Shown: positions 19,701 through 28,177 of the stretch, piece after piece
Position numbering within the stretch: position 1 is the first letter of the stretch
Layout of the letters: each line of letters starts with the position of its first letter
Assembly (NCBI GenBank): GCA_937890765.1
Contig: CALADQ010000007.1
Coordinates: forward strand, 125,880-157,879
Length of the DNA: 32,000 nt
DNA from: an uncultured Candidatus Neoarthromitus sp.
GTDB taxonomy: Bacteria > Bacillota > Clostridia > Clostridiales > Clostridiaceae
Reading direction: 5' to 3'
Translations under genes and position numbers: made by a program
The notes under the pieces: generated by a model
What the model was told of the DNA's origin: nothing
The model's input: the letters and a program-made list of their open reading frames with translations, nothing else
Database searches by the model: none

Positions 19701-22700
19701 AACCGTTGCAGGAGTAAAAGAGGAAGTTTTAAGTAGAGATCAAAAAGAAGTTAGAACGGCGAAATTCTTAATTGATGGTTTTAAAGTGATTCCTGTAGAA
19801 GGTAAAAAAATAAAATTAAAGTGGAATGTTTCAGAAAAAGATTTTTCTTATTCAGATCAAGATAAAATAGATGTTTATATAAAAGAACGTTCTCATTCTG
19901 ACTATTCTAATCAAAAGATTAATAGAAAAAAGGATTTTGATCTAAGAGAAGTAGAATTTGATTTGGATAAATATGATACTGAATATGATATAAAGGTTGC
20001 GTACACGCTTTTTGGAAAAGAAGTTTCAGGTTATACAAAGTATGTTTTGAAAATAGGTGAAGTTTTATCTAAAATAGATTCAATAGGAGATAATTCTGTT
20101 ACTATTAGTTGGACTTATCCTAAAAATTATCAATTACATGATGGAGACAGAATAGAAATAAGTTATAAAAAGAAAGATGATAATGAGTGGATAAATGGGA
20201 TTGATAATAATTCTCAAACTCAACAAGAAAATGGAAGTTATAAGCTTGTTATTCCTAATTTAGAAAAAGATCAAAATTATGAATTGAAATTTATTTTTAC
20301 ACCTAATGGTTTAGAGCCTAGAGAAACTTATTATACATTTAAAGCTACTAATAATTTTCAAATTTCTAGATTATATTTCAAGAATATAAATTCAAAATCT
20401 ATAAAATTAAATTGGGATGTTTATCCGAAAAATTATAATTTTGATTCCAAGGATAGAGTTGAGGTACTTTATAAAAAAGTAGAAGATAATTCTGAAAATG
20501 GTGACGAGACTGTTGCTGTGACTAAAAGTGAAAGTTTAAGTAAGTTTAATAATTTTACTGTAGAAGGTTTAGAGCCTGAAAAAGATTATGTTTTTAAAAT
20601 AAAATATACAATTAATAAAACATCAGATAGCAATAGTCCAATCACTGTTGAAGAAACTATAGGAGCTAGAACTGTTTTTGGTAAATTTGATTATTTTACG
20701 CTTGATACAGGAGTGAGTAGCGTTAAGTTTGAGGTTGCTTATCCAGAAAATTATGAAATAAAGGCTAATGATACATTAGATATATTTGTTAGGGATAAAA
20801 AAGAAGCTTCATATCCTTCTAAAGCTAATTTTACAGCAGTTCATGGAGAAAATGTTGAAGGATTTGGAGAAGTAGATTTAAATGAAATAAATGTATTGGA
20901 TATTTTAGGTTTATCACCTAATACTGATTATATTGCTAAGGCAGTGTTTTGGCCTGAAGGTGGAAAAGGTGTTAAAGTAGAGAAAGAAGTTAATTTTAAA
21001 ACTGGTTTAATAAACGGACTTGAAGAAGTTTTTGTTGTTAATTCAAAAGACCATTTAGTTACAGTTGGAATTAAAATGAATCCAGATGAGATAATTTATG
21101 GATCTGATGCTGTGTGTAAGTTGTATGTGAAAAAGAAAACTGATCCAGATTTTCCAAACGAGCCAAGTGGAGAAGCAAATGGAGAAATGTTAAATGAAAC
21201 AAATATAGCGGACGCATACTTTGAAGATTTAAATACCGAATATCACATAAAAGTTATATTAAGTATTGGATCTTCTGTTTACGAAAAAATAATTGATTTT
21301 AATTCAAAAGTTGATGAACTCGCAGTTGAAGTTAAAGAAATAAATCCTATGACTGCACAAATTGAATGGAAATATCCTCAAAATTATACTTTAGTAGATG
21401 GAGAAAAGGTTCAGATATTTACTAAATATAAAGATGAAGAGGCTTATTCTGATACTCCAGATTTAGAATTGGTTCAGTCTGAAGCATTGAGTTTAGCAGA
21501 TATAAATTTAATAGAGTTATCAGCGTTGATACCAGACACTGATTATGATGTTAAGGTTGATTTGAAACTTTTAGAAACAGAGTTGCCTCCGGTCACAAAA
21601 AGTTTTACAACTGAACATTTTTCAATTGAAGATTTGTCAATTAAAAGTATAAGTGAAGATGCGATTTCAATAAGTTGGTCTTTGGACACTGAAGAAATTG
21701 AATTTATGGATAATTACGATAACTTGGGAATTTTTATAAAAGGTGCTGATGATGAAGAATATGATTTTTCAGAACCTATTGTAGAATTTACGGAGGAATT
21801 AAATGAGATAAGGTCAGCTTCGTTTAATGTTGATGGAGATACTTCAAAGCTTGATATTTTAGTTTCATATTTAGTTGAAGATTATGAATCTTTTTCAGAA
21901 TTGAAATTTAGTCCTATTATTTTTGAGGCGAATGTAAAAGGAAGTAATGTTTTAATTTCTTGGGAATACCCTGAAGGTGCAGAATTTACAGACGGCGATA
22001 AATTGGATTTTTATTTGAGAACTTTTGATAATCAAAATTATCCACCAGATCCATTGATAAGGCAAGTTCATGGAGAAGATGTTGATTTAAATGAGTTGAC
22101 TGAAATAGAACTAAGCGATGTTGATCCGGGGTCTTATGTCCTTAAACTTCAATTAACAACTGATAGAGTAAATTATAGTCCAGTTGAAGCAAAGTTTGAT
22201 ATAAATAAAAAAGTTACTTCTTCAGGTGGAAGTTCTCAATCTCAAAATTCTTCTGGAAGTTCTATACCCGTCAAAGTTGTCGATAAAGTTCAAGGAAGAG
22301 GTGTAGTTTTGGATTTGGGTTCTGATTTTGAAATAGATTTTGAAGAAGAAATTGCTATTAAGCCAACAGGTTTAAAAGTTGAAGAAGGAGAAACTGAATC
22401 AGATATTGTGGTTAAGAATTTGGTGCCAGGAAAAGAATATAAATCAATTATTATTGTGGCGACAACGACAGATAACAAAAAGATAAAATTATCTACAAAA
22501 AATGTTAAGATAGAATCAGAAAATCCGCTTCAGGAATTTGTAACTAACATTTATAATTTTGCTTTTGAACGTTTTCCTGATGAAGAGGGGTATAGTTATT
22601 GGTTAGATAAACTTATTGAGAAGAAAGATATAACTGGTAAATATGTTCTTTACAATTTGATGTTTGCAGAAAGAGAATTTTCTGATAGAAATTTGCCAGA

Positions 22701-22908
22701 CGATGAACTCATAAAAGTTTTATATCAAATTGTTGTTAATAGAACTTATGATGAGGAAGGTTTGCAATTCTGGATAAAAGAATATAACGAAACGTTTTTG
22801 CCTAATGCTAATAATGATGCGTTTGAAGCACAAAAAGCAATTGTTACGAGAATGTTATACGAGCAAGAATTTAGAAATTTGTGTGATAAGTTAGGTATAT
22901 TGTGGTAA
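16777..22908 (+). CDS. Giant secreted surface protein with unique N-terminal region, about 11 Fn3-like modules and C-terminal DUF4214-like domain (protein B)
   Basis: Starts 8 bp after protein A; RBS GTGGTGAT overlaps A's end. N-terminal hydrophobic segment 'FLKRFLARLLLICFFIDIVPLP'. Modules such as AKLAWEYPSNYLIMEGDILNIYFKK and VLISWEYPEGAEFTDGDKLDFYL. DUF4214-like C-terminus. Confidence 0.85.
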   Translation: MSLFNYNKQFLKRFLARLLLICFFIDIVPLPKNINKILNNKFDAKAFASQSEAISPGYVIRSEEGGITFDLSNRLTENMTVESLSFKNTDPSKRSQDRPETKFNGQNHKWFSNDALFNGDIYEIETVIYDAESKKSLKFINSFKYNDTNEKFKPIIRFINSSESADRFINNDVEVDFSGCSEILGKYNDFKIDILNSDYTPIGIETLDISLTNLRSFSYKISFVNVSKLFKSNTDYIIRVNAEGNMFEYLFSATIKKDKSIKKMFDPSDIACVFDPVFRKLRLYMDDFKLFNHPDLPMEIVLQDANERLRPSITQIMYNEGFISLDVPDEYFGLKQPSNVTLRYMNSLGEASEITSFQISFPYTDNMATNFIWLGLETKEIEVKDGYQFTEVKLTDNSEGYRIPHSWDNLPKVHYVTMYDHTKTKQIGGELRVEVINSKYDFLEKNHEVSGADFKIRYHDMAQGINTCYFKVQSSSNLQEWREAYLPVTFYADIIQFSFLEVDMDELVVSKQGANLYNFRLTPKGVEFKSGDIMSVIDDEGNEHKAKTVNGKNFSFTNVPVLMGGKYLVTLNSATGLIYFNSVDSSILFNPSIIATNIDNQEAIDIKFDNKLSALLNSTSSNNNVKILHENGNSTENNFSNIVSGSNKFKLNKGLVKGERYILEFNNGSHIFKTTFEYAPLRVSLDKATGTTAKLAWEYPSNYLIMEGDILNIYFKKDGYSYQAVPDAKIVHGFQEIDFDKVRTYTIKNLSPNINYTAKLELITSTGLTFSSEVEFVTSDFKILNETIDGLSEEGSINKKNIDITWDINQADMEFSQGDRIDIFLKLKSHDVFPRTPVHVINEDLNRIRRASIEVPNFEESYSLKIVYNIGGTRHSGNVLNFDVKMKGTEINASEIKPSSFIINWTYPEEMIFTEGQELRLFIKKSNDPSFPNDPSFNAIQGGETNLKNIVNYKFENLNEDTIYQVKLEHKIDEKTVAGVKEEVLSRDQKEVRTAKFLIDGFKVIPVEGKKIKLKWNVSEKDFSYSDQDKIDVYIKERSHSDYSNQKINRKKDFDLREVEFDLDKYDTEYDIKVAYTLFGKEVSGYTKYVLKIGEVLSKIDSIGDNSVTISWTYPKNYQLHDGDRIEISYKKKDDNEWINGIDNNSQTQQENGSYKLVIPNLEKDQNYELKFIFTPNGLEPRETYYTFKATNNFQISRLYFKNINSKSIKLNWDVYPKNYNFDSKDRVEVLYKKVEDNSENGDETVAVTKSESLSKFNNFTVEGLEPEKDYVFKIKYTINKTSDSNSPITVEETIGARTVFGKFDYFTLDTGVSSVKFEVAYPENYEIKANDTLDIFVRDKKEASYPSKANFTAVHGENVEGFGEVDLNEINVLDILGLSPNTDYIAKAVFWPEGGKGVKVEKEVNFKTGLINGLEEVFVVNSKDHLVTVGIKMNPDEIIYGSDAVCKLYVKKKTDPDFPNEPSGEANGEMLNETNIADAYFEDLNTEYHIKVILSIGSSVYEKIIDFNSKVDELAVEVKEINPMTAQIEWKYPQNYTLVDGEKVQIFTKYKDEEAYSDTPDLELVQSEALSLADINLIELSALIPDTDYDVKVDLKLLETELPPVTKSFTTEHFSIEDLSIKSISEDAISISWSLDTEEIEFMDNYDNLGIFIKGADDEEYDFSEPIVEFTEELNEIRSASFNVDGDTSKLDILVSYLVEDYESFSELKFSPIIFEANVKGSNVLISWEYPEGAEFTDGDKLDFYLRTFDNQNYPPDPLIRQVHGEDVDLNELTEIELSDVDPGSYVLKLQLTTDRVNYSPVEAKFDINKKVTSSGGSSQSQNSSGSSIPVKVVDKVQGRGVVLDLGSDFEIDFEEEIAIKPTGLKVEEGETESDIVVKNLVPGKEYKSIIIVATTTDNKKIKLSTKNVKIESENPLQEFVTNIYNFAFERFPDEEGYSYWLDKLIEKKDITGKYVLYNLMFAEREFSDRNLPDDELIKVLYQIVVNRTYDEEGLQFWIKEYNETFLPNANNDAFEAQKAIVTRMLYEQEFRNLCDKLGILW
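22528..22905 (+). other. DUF4214-like C-terminal domain of protein B
   Basis: YNFAFERFPDEEGYSYWLDKLIEKKDITGKYVLYNLMFAEREFSDRNLPDDELIKVLYQIVVNRTYDEEGLQFW; parallel to protein A. Confidence 0.7.
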
Positions 22909-22917
22909 AAATAAAAT

Positions 22918-22960
22918 TTAAATTTGGTCATTAGTTTTATCTAGTGGCCAAAATTTTTTT
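22918..22960 (+). terminator. Rho-independent terminator after protein B
   Basis: TTTGGTCATTAG (22923-22934) / CTAGTGGCCAAA (22941-22952) with G-U pairs, then ATTTTTTT. Confidence 0.9.
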
Positions 22961-23028
22961 AGTTAAATAAATTTTTGTGTTATTATAAATAATGTATGTA
23001 TGACATAGAAACACTTTGGAGGTAGCTT

Positions 23029-23550
23029 ATGAATATTGTAACGATTAATGTAAATGGCATCGAATATAAGTTAAAGGGTGAAGAGTCTGAAGAATATTTA
23101 AGTGATATCGCGAATGAAGTCGATATTAAATTAAGAGATATGATTGGAGCAAACACAAATTTGACATTGCAATCAGCGGCGGTTTTGTTATCTATAAATT
23201 ATTGCGACCAAATACGAAAGCTTAAAGAAGAACAATATGCTTTAGATAATAGCATTGATGTTTGCAATTCCAAAATAAGAAATTTAATTGATGAAAATTC
23301 TAATCTTAAAGACAGGGTTATACATATTGAAAATGAAAATGTGCAATTTAAATCTAAAATTTCAAGTTTAGAGGAAGAAATTCAAGCTTACAACGATTTG
23401 TTGAAATCAGAAAAGCAAGATATGTTTTCTGATAGTAATGAGATGAAAGAACTTGAAAAAGAAATAGAGATTTTGAAAAATACAATACGCAAATTAAATG
23501 ATGATAATTTTAAATTGAAAAAGCAACTTAGGCACAAAAAAGATTTCTAG
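23029..23550 (+). CDS. zapA: Cell division protein ZapA
   Basis: VNGIEYKLKGEESEEYLSDIANEVDIKLRDM...LTLQSAAVLLSINYCDQIRKL followed by coiled coil; RBS GGAGGTAG. Confidence 0.85.
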   Translation: MNIVTINVNGIEYKLKGEESEEYLSDIANEVDIKLRDMIGANTNLTLQSAAVLLSINYCDQIRKLKEEQYALDNSIDVCNSKIRNLIDENSNLKDRVIHIENENVQFKSKISSLEEEIQAYNDLLKSEKQDMFSDSNEMKELEKEIEILKNTIRKLNDDNFKLKKQLRHKKDF

Positions 23551-23640
23551 CATTTTGTTTAATTTATTTTTGAAATTTGGAAATGTTTATAATAAAGATG
23601 TGCTTTTTGAAATACAAAAAAATTTTTCGGTAATCACACA

Positions 23641-23678
23641 GGAGTATGTATTCTTAAATCATACTCCATATTTTTTTC
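23641..23678 (+). terminator. Rho-independent terminator after zapA
   Basis: GGAGTATG (23641-23648) / CATACTCC (23660-23667) followed by ATATTTTTTT. Confidence 0.85.
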
Positions 23679-23680
23679 AG

Positions 23681-24583
23681 TTACAAATTTAAATTAGTAA
23701 ATGTTATTAGTATTTGAGTATTCTTTATTTTTTTGTTTACTATTTCCTTAATCCTTATTCTAATCAAATCAAACTCATCAACTGAAAAATTTCCGTCAAC
23801 TCCTAATGTAATATAAATTTCTGTAAATTTCCCAAGCCTTGAAATAAATATATCATGAATATCTAGATATGGAAGTTCAGTAATAAGAGACGCTTTAAGA
23901 TCTTTTTCAGATTTGTGGTTTAGGCGTTTATAAGACAATATATTTATTTGATTTATTAAAAGTTGTAGTGGTTGAATTGCAAAAAATCCTGATAGAAGCA
24001 ACAATAAAATTGCATCTGATATAGGAAGAAGTGGTTTTAAAATTGGAATTGTTTTAAATAACACAAATGCAATTGCCGTTCCCGCACTTATAATTCCATC
24101 GAGATTTGCACCCATTGCCTCAGCTTTCAAAACGTCAGAGCAATTTCCTATTTTTTTGTTGAAAAATTTATAAAGTATGGACAACCCAAAACATAAAATT
24201 GTCATTATTATACCGTTTATAATTATTGCTCCAAGATGTATTTCAGGAACTAATTCAGGTGTGTTTAAAAATTTTAATATGGTATCTATCCCAGAAAAAA
24301 TAGATGCGAGCAAAAGAATTATTATAAGAATTGATCTAAAAAGTACATACAATGTTTCTTTGCTGTACGGCCCCAATGGATATTGTTTAACGCTTGAAGT
24401 CGATAATCCTTTAGAAATTTTTACAGCTACTATCGTCGATATAAATTGTATAAATGAAAATAATCCATCAATTAATACTGCTTTCGAATTAGAAAACATA
24501 AAAACAATAACTCCAGAAATTGACATCGTAAGGTTTAAAATGTTTCCTATCTTAAGTGCTCTTTGCTCAATTAATAAATCCAT
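23681..24583 (-). CDS. Cation diffusion facilitator (CDF)-like transporter
   Basis: Topology and motifs 'SNSKAVLIDGLFSFIQFISTIVAVKISKGLS', 'YPLGPYSKETLYVLFRS' and 'DVLKAEAMGANLDGIISAGTAIAF'; RBS AAGGTGAT. Confidence 0.75.
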   Translation of the reverse strand: MDLLIEQRALKIGNILNLTMSISGVIVFMFSNSKAVLIDGLFSFIQFISTIVAVKISKGLSTSSVKQYPLGPYSKETLYVLFRSILIIILLLASIFSGIDTILKFLNTPELVPEIHLGAIIINGIIMTILCFGLSILYKFFNKKIGNCSDVLKAEAMGANLDGIISAGTAIAFVLFKTIPILKPLLPISDAILLLLLSGFFAIQPLQLLINQINILSYKRLNHKSEKDLKASLITELPYLDIHDIFISRLGKFTEIYITLGVDGNFSVDEFDLIRIRIKEIVNKKIKNTQILITFTNLNL

Positions 24584-24673
24584 TATATCACCTTAATTTT
24601 TTAGAGAAATATTTTACGACGTAATACAATTCTAGCACATAAAATTATAATCTTCAAAAATAAACGTCAAAAT

Positions 24674-24703
24674 TTGTACTTAATCATAAATTTTTGTGAT
24701 AAA
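24674..24703 (+). promoter_or_regulatory. Candidate sigma-A-type promoter for the MATE gene
   Basis: TTGTAC (24674-24679), 18-nt spacer, GATAAA (24698-24703). Confidence 0.4.
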
Positions 24704-24755
24704 ATATTTTGAAATTAGGGATTAAAAAAATAATTTTAGGGGGAGAAAATTTTAA

Positions 24756-26105
24756 TTGTTTATTAGAGATAAAGGATTTTATAAAAAAGTTTTGACAATT
24801 GCTATCCCTATAACACTTCAAAGTCTTATAACATTTGCAATTAATATGATGGACACTATTATGGTAGGTAGATTAGGAGAAATTACTTTGTCAGCTTCGT
24901 CTTTGTCGGGACAAGTATTTTTTATAACTACGATTTTGTGTTTTGGAATAGCAGGTGGAGGAGCAGTATTGTCTTCTCAATTTTGGGGGAGAAGGGATAG
25001 CAGATCTATTGCAAAAACTTTGTCGATAGTTCTTAAACTGAACATATTAGTTGGAATTATTTTTGCAATTTTATCTTTTGCAATTCCAGAATATTTGCTT
25101 AGATTTTATATTGACGTTCCAGAAGTTATACAAGCAGGGATTCCTTATTTGAAATTGGTTTCTGTAATGTATCCACTCTTTTGTATAACAACTTCCATTT
25201 CTGTTATTTTTAGAACAATTTCACAAATAAAAATTTCTGTTGTAGCAAACAGCGTAGCTTTTGTTCTAAATGTTTTCTTTAACTGGATTTTCATATTTGG
25301 AAAATTTGGAGCGCCAGCTTTAGGATTAGCCGGTGCGGCAATTGGAACAATTATAGCAAGATTAGTTGAATGTATAATAGTTGTTGTTTATTTATTTTGC
25401 GTTGACAAAAAAATTAAATTTACAATTAAAGATTTATTTGGATTTGATAAAGATATTTTCAAAAAATATTTGAAAACTGGAATAAATGTTTTGATTAGCG
25501 ATACTCTTTTGGTTGCTGGACTTACAAGTTTAACTATGATTTTAGGACGGTTGGGTCCTGAGATGGTTGCCGCAAATAGCATTTGCAATATTGTAATACA
25601 ACTTTCAACAATATCAATGGCAGGAATTGCGAGTTCATGTTTAGTTATAATTGGAAATTCAATTGGCGAAAGAAAGATAGATGTTGCGAGAGAACAATCT
25701 AGAACTTTTCTTTTAATATGTGTTATTGCAGGAATTGTTGCGGCCGTGGTTATAACTTTAACGAAACCTATAGCAATAAATTTTTACAACGTAACTCAAG
25801 AAACAAAAGATATAGCGTATAAACTTATGGATGGAGCGGCCTTTATAATAATGTTTCAAGTTCCTTCAATTGGTTTGACAAAAGGAATTTTAAGAGGTGG
25901 CGGAGATACAAAATTTTTATTGTTAGCAGATATTATATTTTTGTGGGTGTTATCCATACCATTGGGAATTTTGGCAGCGTTTGTTTTTAATTTTCCAGTG
26001 GCATTAATTTATATTTGTTTGAAGTTTGATGAAATAATTAAATTGGTTTGGTGTACGATAAGAATGTTTGGTAATAAGTGGATAAAAGATGTAACAGTAA
26101 CTTAA
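24756..26105 (+). CDS. MATE family efflux transporter
   Basis: ITLQSLITFAINMMDTIMVGRLGE, GGAVLSSQFWGRRD and PSIGLTKGILRGGGDTKFLL motifs. TTG start 24756 after AGGGGGAG. Confidence 0.88.
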   Translation: MFIRDKGFYKKVLTIAIPITLQSLITFAINMMDTIMVGRLGEITLSASSLSGQVFFITTILCFGIAGGGAVLSSQFWGRRDSRSIAKTLSIVLKLNILVGIIFAILSFAIPEYLLRFYIDVPEVIQAGIPYLKLVSVMYPLFCITTSISVIFRTISQIKISVVANSVAFVLNVFFNWIFIFGKFGAPALGLAGAAIGTIIARLVECIIVVVYLFCVDKKIKFTIKDLFGFDKDIFKKYLKTGINVLISDTLLVAGLTSLTMILGRLGPEMVAANSICNIVIQLSTISMAGIASSCLVIIGNSIGERKIDVAREQSRTFLLICVIAGIVAAVVITLTKPIAINFYNVTQETKDIAYKLMDGAAFIIMFQVPSIGLTKGILRGGGDTKFLLLADIIFLWVLSIPLGILAAFVFNFPVALIYICLKFDEIIKLVWCTIRMFGNKWIKDVTVT

Positions 26106-26130
26106 AAAATTTTTAAAAGGGGGAAGTACT

Positions 26131-26829
26131 ATTAAATTAATATTTAATTTCATTAAAATTGGAATTGTTTTGCTGATTTTGTTTTTTTTAAATGGGTTTT
26201 TTGTTTATAAAAATGTTGTTAAAACAATGCCTATAGATCAAAAACTTAAAGAGCTGAGTTCTAAAAACGATTATGTAGAAATACAAAACGTTTCAGATAG
26301 TTTGAAAAATTATTTTGTGAATGTTGAAGATAAAAGATTCTACAAACATAATGGAATTGATTTAATGGGAATAGCAGCATCGTTTATTAGTAATTTGAAG
26401 GAAGGTTATTACAAATACGGAGGTAGCACAATAACTCAACAGCTTGCAAAAAATTTGTATTTCAAAGATGGGCGAAAGACTTTAACGAGAAAAGTTGCAG
26501 AAATGTTTGTGGCATTTGAATTTGAACGTGAGTATTCAAAAGATAAAATTTTGGAAATGTATTTAAACATAATTTATTTTGGAAATGGATATTACGGAAT
26601 TAACGAAGCGAGTCATGGATATTTTGGGATTTCTCCAAAAGATTTAAATGAATATCAATCATCTTTACTTGTTGGAATACCTCAAGCTCCAAGTGTTTAT
26701 AACCTAAATGAAAAAGGAAATTCTTCCATGAAAAATAGGTACATGCAAGTTTTGAAAATTTTAACTAACAATGGAGTCATAACCAAAAACCAAGCTGACC
26801 AATTTAAGAAAATATATTTAGCATCATAA
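26131..26829 (+). CDS. Monofunctional biosynthetic peptidoglycan transglycosylase (GT51); probable non-canonical ATT start
   Basis: GT51 motifs NVEDKRFYKHNGID, YGGSTITQQLAKNLYF, RKVAEMFVAFEFEREYSKDKILEMYLNIIYFGNGYYGI and LLVGIPQAPS. Track start is TTG 26170; the strong SD (GGGGG at 26119-26123) precedes ATT 26131 in the same frame. Confidence 0.85.
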   Translation: MKLIFNFIKIGIVLLILFFLNGFFVYKNVVKTMPIDQKLKELSSKNDYVEIQNVSDSLKNYFVNVEDKRFYKHNGIDLMGIAASFISNLKEGYYKYGGSTITQQLAKNLYFKDGRKTLTRKVAEMFVAFEFEREYSKDKILEMYLNIIYFGNGYYGINEASHGYFGISPKDLNEYQSSLLVGIPQAPSVYNLNEKGNSSMKNRYMQVLKILTNNGVITKNQADQFKKIYLAS

Positions 26830-26850
26830 TTTTTATTGTGATGCTTTTTT
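26820..26850 (+). terminator. Rho-independent terminator containing the GT51 gene stop codon
   Basis: AGCATCA (26820-26826) / TGATGCT (26839-26845) then TTTTT; stop TAA 26827-26829. Confidence 0.8.
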
Positions 26851-26903
26851 GTGTTAAAATGATAGAAAAAATTCAATTAAAAAATTTTGGAGTTAAAGTA
26901 AAT

Positions 26904-28166
26904 ATGATAAATAAATTTTTGAAAAATTTCGTTACGATGGTATTTGTTCTATTTGTTTTAATGTCCTGTTTGTCTGAAAGTAAAAGCAAAAATTCCAGTG
27001 AAATTTTTGAAGAACAATCTGTTATAAATTTATGGACTTCAAATTTGAAACCACGATTAGATAAATATATGAAATACGTTATCGAAAAATTTAAAAAAGC
27101 AAATCCTATGATTAAAATTAATTGGACGGATTTTTCTACTGAAGAAATGGTTTTGAATTTATATTCATCATGGCAAGAAAATAATTTGCCGGATATAGTT
27201 AGTTTTGATGCAAAAACTTTAATGAATGATATTAATGATGAATTGATTGTGGATTTATATAAATTTGATGACGAATTTTTAAATACGTTTTTCGAAGGAA
27301 TTTTAAAATCTTCTGAAAAAAATAATAGGCTACTTGGTGTTCCATGGTTTACGGATATAAAAGTTTTGTTTATAAACAAATCTATAATGGACATGTCAAA
27401 CATTGATGAAGAAAATTATCCAAAGAACGAAGATGAATTTTTAAATTTGATGAATGTTGTTAAAAATAATTCTGGGAAATTTGGTAGCGTTATTGAACCC
27501 GAGAGCATAAAAAATTTAATTTTCAACGGACTAAATGTTTTTGGAGAAAATGGACAAGTTTATATTCAAACGCCACAAATAATTGAACATTTTAAATCCC
27601 ATAAATCTAAATTTGAAAATATGGTTGTGCCAAATCAGTTTTTAAATTTTGATGATAAGATATTTTTGTATGCAAACAATGAAGTTGCAATGATAAAATC
27701 AAATTTTCAATTTATAAATAGCATAGAAAAAATATCAAAAGAAGTCTATGATAACACGGTCATTTTTCCAATTCCAGTTGGAGAAAATGATTTGCGTTAC
27801 ACCAATACGGTTTATTTGTCCGTAGTTGATAATGGAAAAAATGAAGAGCTAGCTATGAATTTTATAAAATTTATATTAAACGACCAAAATCAATTGGAGC
27901 TTTCAAACACAACAAATGTTTTGCCTGTTGTAAAAGAAACTTTCAAAAATGAAATTTCTAATGACGAAAATTCAAAAATTAACAAAGCAAAAAAAGTTGC
28001 ATTCGATAGTTTGAATAAAGGAAGGGATTTTATATACAACATAGAACACTATAATCAAATATCAAATATAGTTGAAAAATATTCCAGAAGTATTTATTTA
28101 GATGGTTTAGAAGTTGAAAGTGTACTAGGCAATGCACAACAAGAGATAAATAAATTTTATAATTAA
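26904..28166 (+). CDS. Extracellular solute-binding lipoprotein (ABC sugar-binding type)
   Basis: Lipobox MINKFLKNFVTMVFVLFVLMSC; 'INLWTSNLKPRLDKYMKYVIEKFKKANPMIKINW...LPDIVSFDAKTL...GVPWFTDIKVLFINKSIM'. Track start 26838 falls inside a terminator; ATG 26904 is preferred. Confidence 0.8.
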   Translation: MINKFLKNFVTMVFVLFVLMSCLSESKSKNSSEIFEEQSVINLWTSNLKPRLDKYMKYVIEKFKKANPMIKINWTDFSTEEMVLNLYSSWQENNLPDIVSFDAKTLMNDINDELIVDLYKFDDEFLNTFFEGILKSSEKNNRLLGVPWFTDIKVLFINKSIMDMSNIDEENYPKNEDEFLNLMNVVKNNSGKFGSVIEPESIKNLIFNGLNVFGENGQVYIQTPQIIEHFKSHKSKFENMVVPNQFLNFDDKIFLYANNEVAMIKSNFQFINSIEKISKEVYDNTVIFPIPVGENDLRYTNTVYLSVVDNGKNEELAMNFIKFILNDQNQLELSNTTNVLPVVKETFKNEISNDENSKINKAKKVAFDSLNKGRDFIYNIEHYNQISNIVEKYSRSIYLDGLEVESVLGNAQQEINKFYN

Positions 28167-28177
28167 GAGGTAAGCAT

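Noticed and set aside
24177-24596. +strand 139-aa ORF
   Set aside because: Antisense to the CDF-like gene, which shows clear transmembrane and family motifs.
26838-26903. Track N-terminal extension of the solute-binding protein (MMLFCVKMIEKIQLKNFGVKVN)
   Set aside because: It begins within the GT51 terminator stem and would separate the signal peptide from the N-terminus; ATG 26904 gives a proper lipoprotein signal.
26873-27403. -strand 176-aa ORF
   Set aside because: Antisense shadow of the solute-binding lipoprotein gene.
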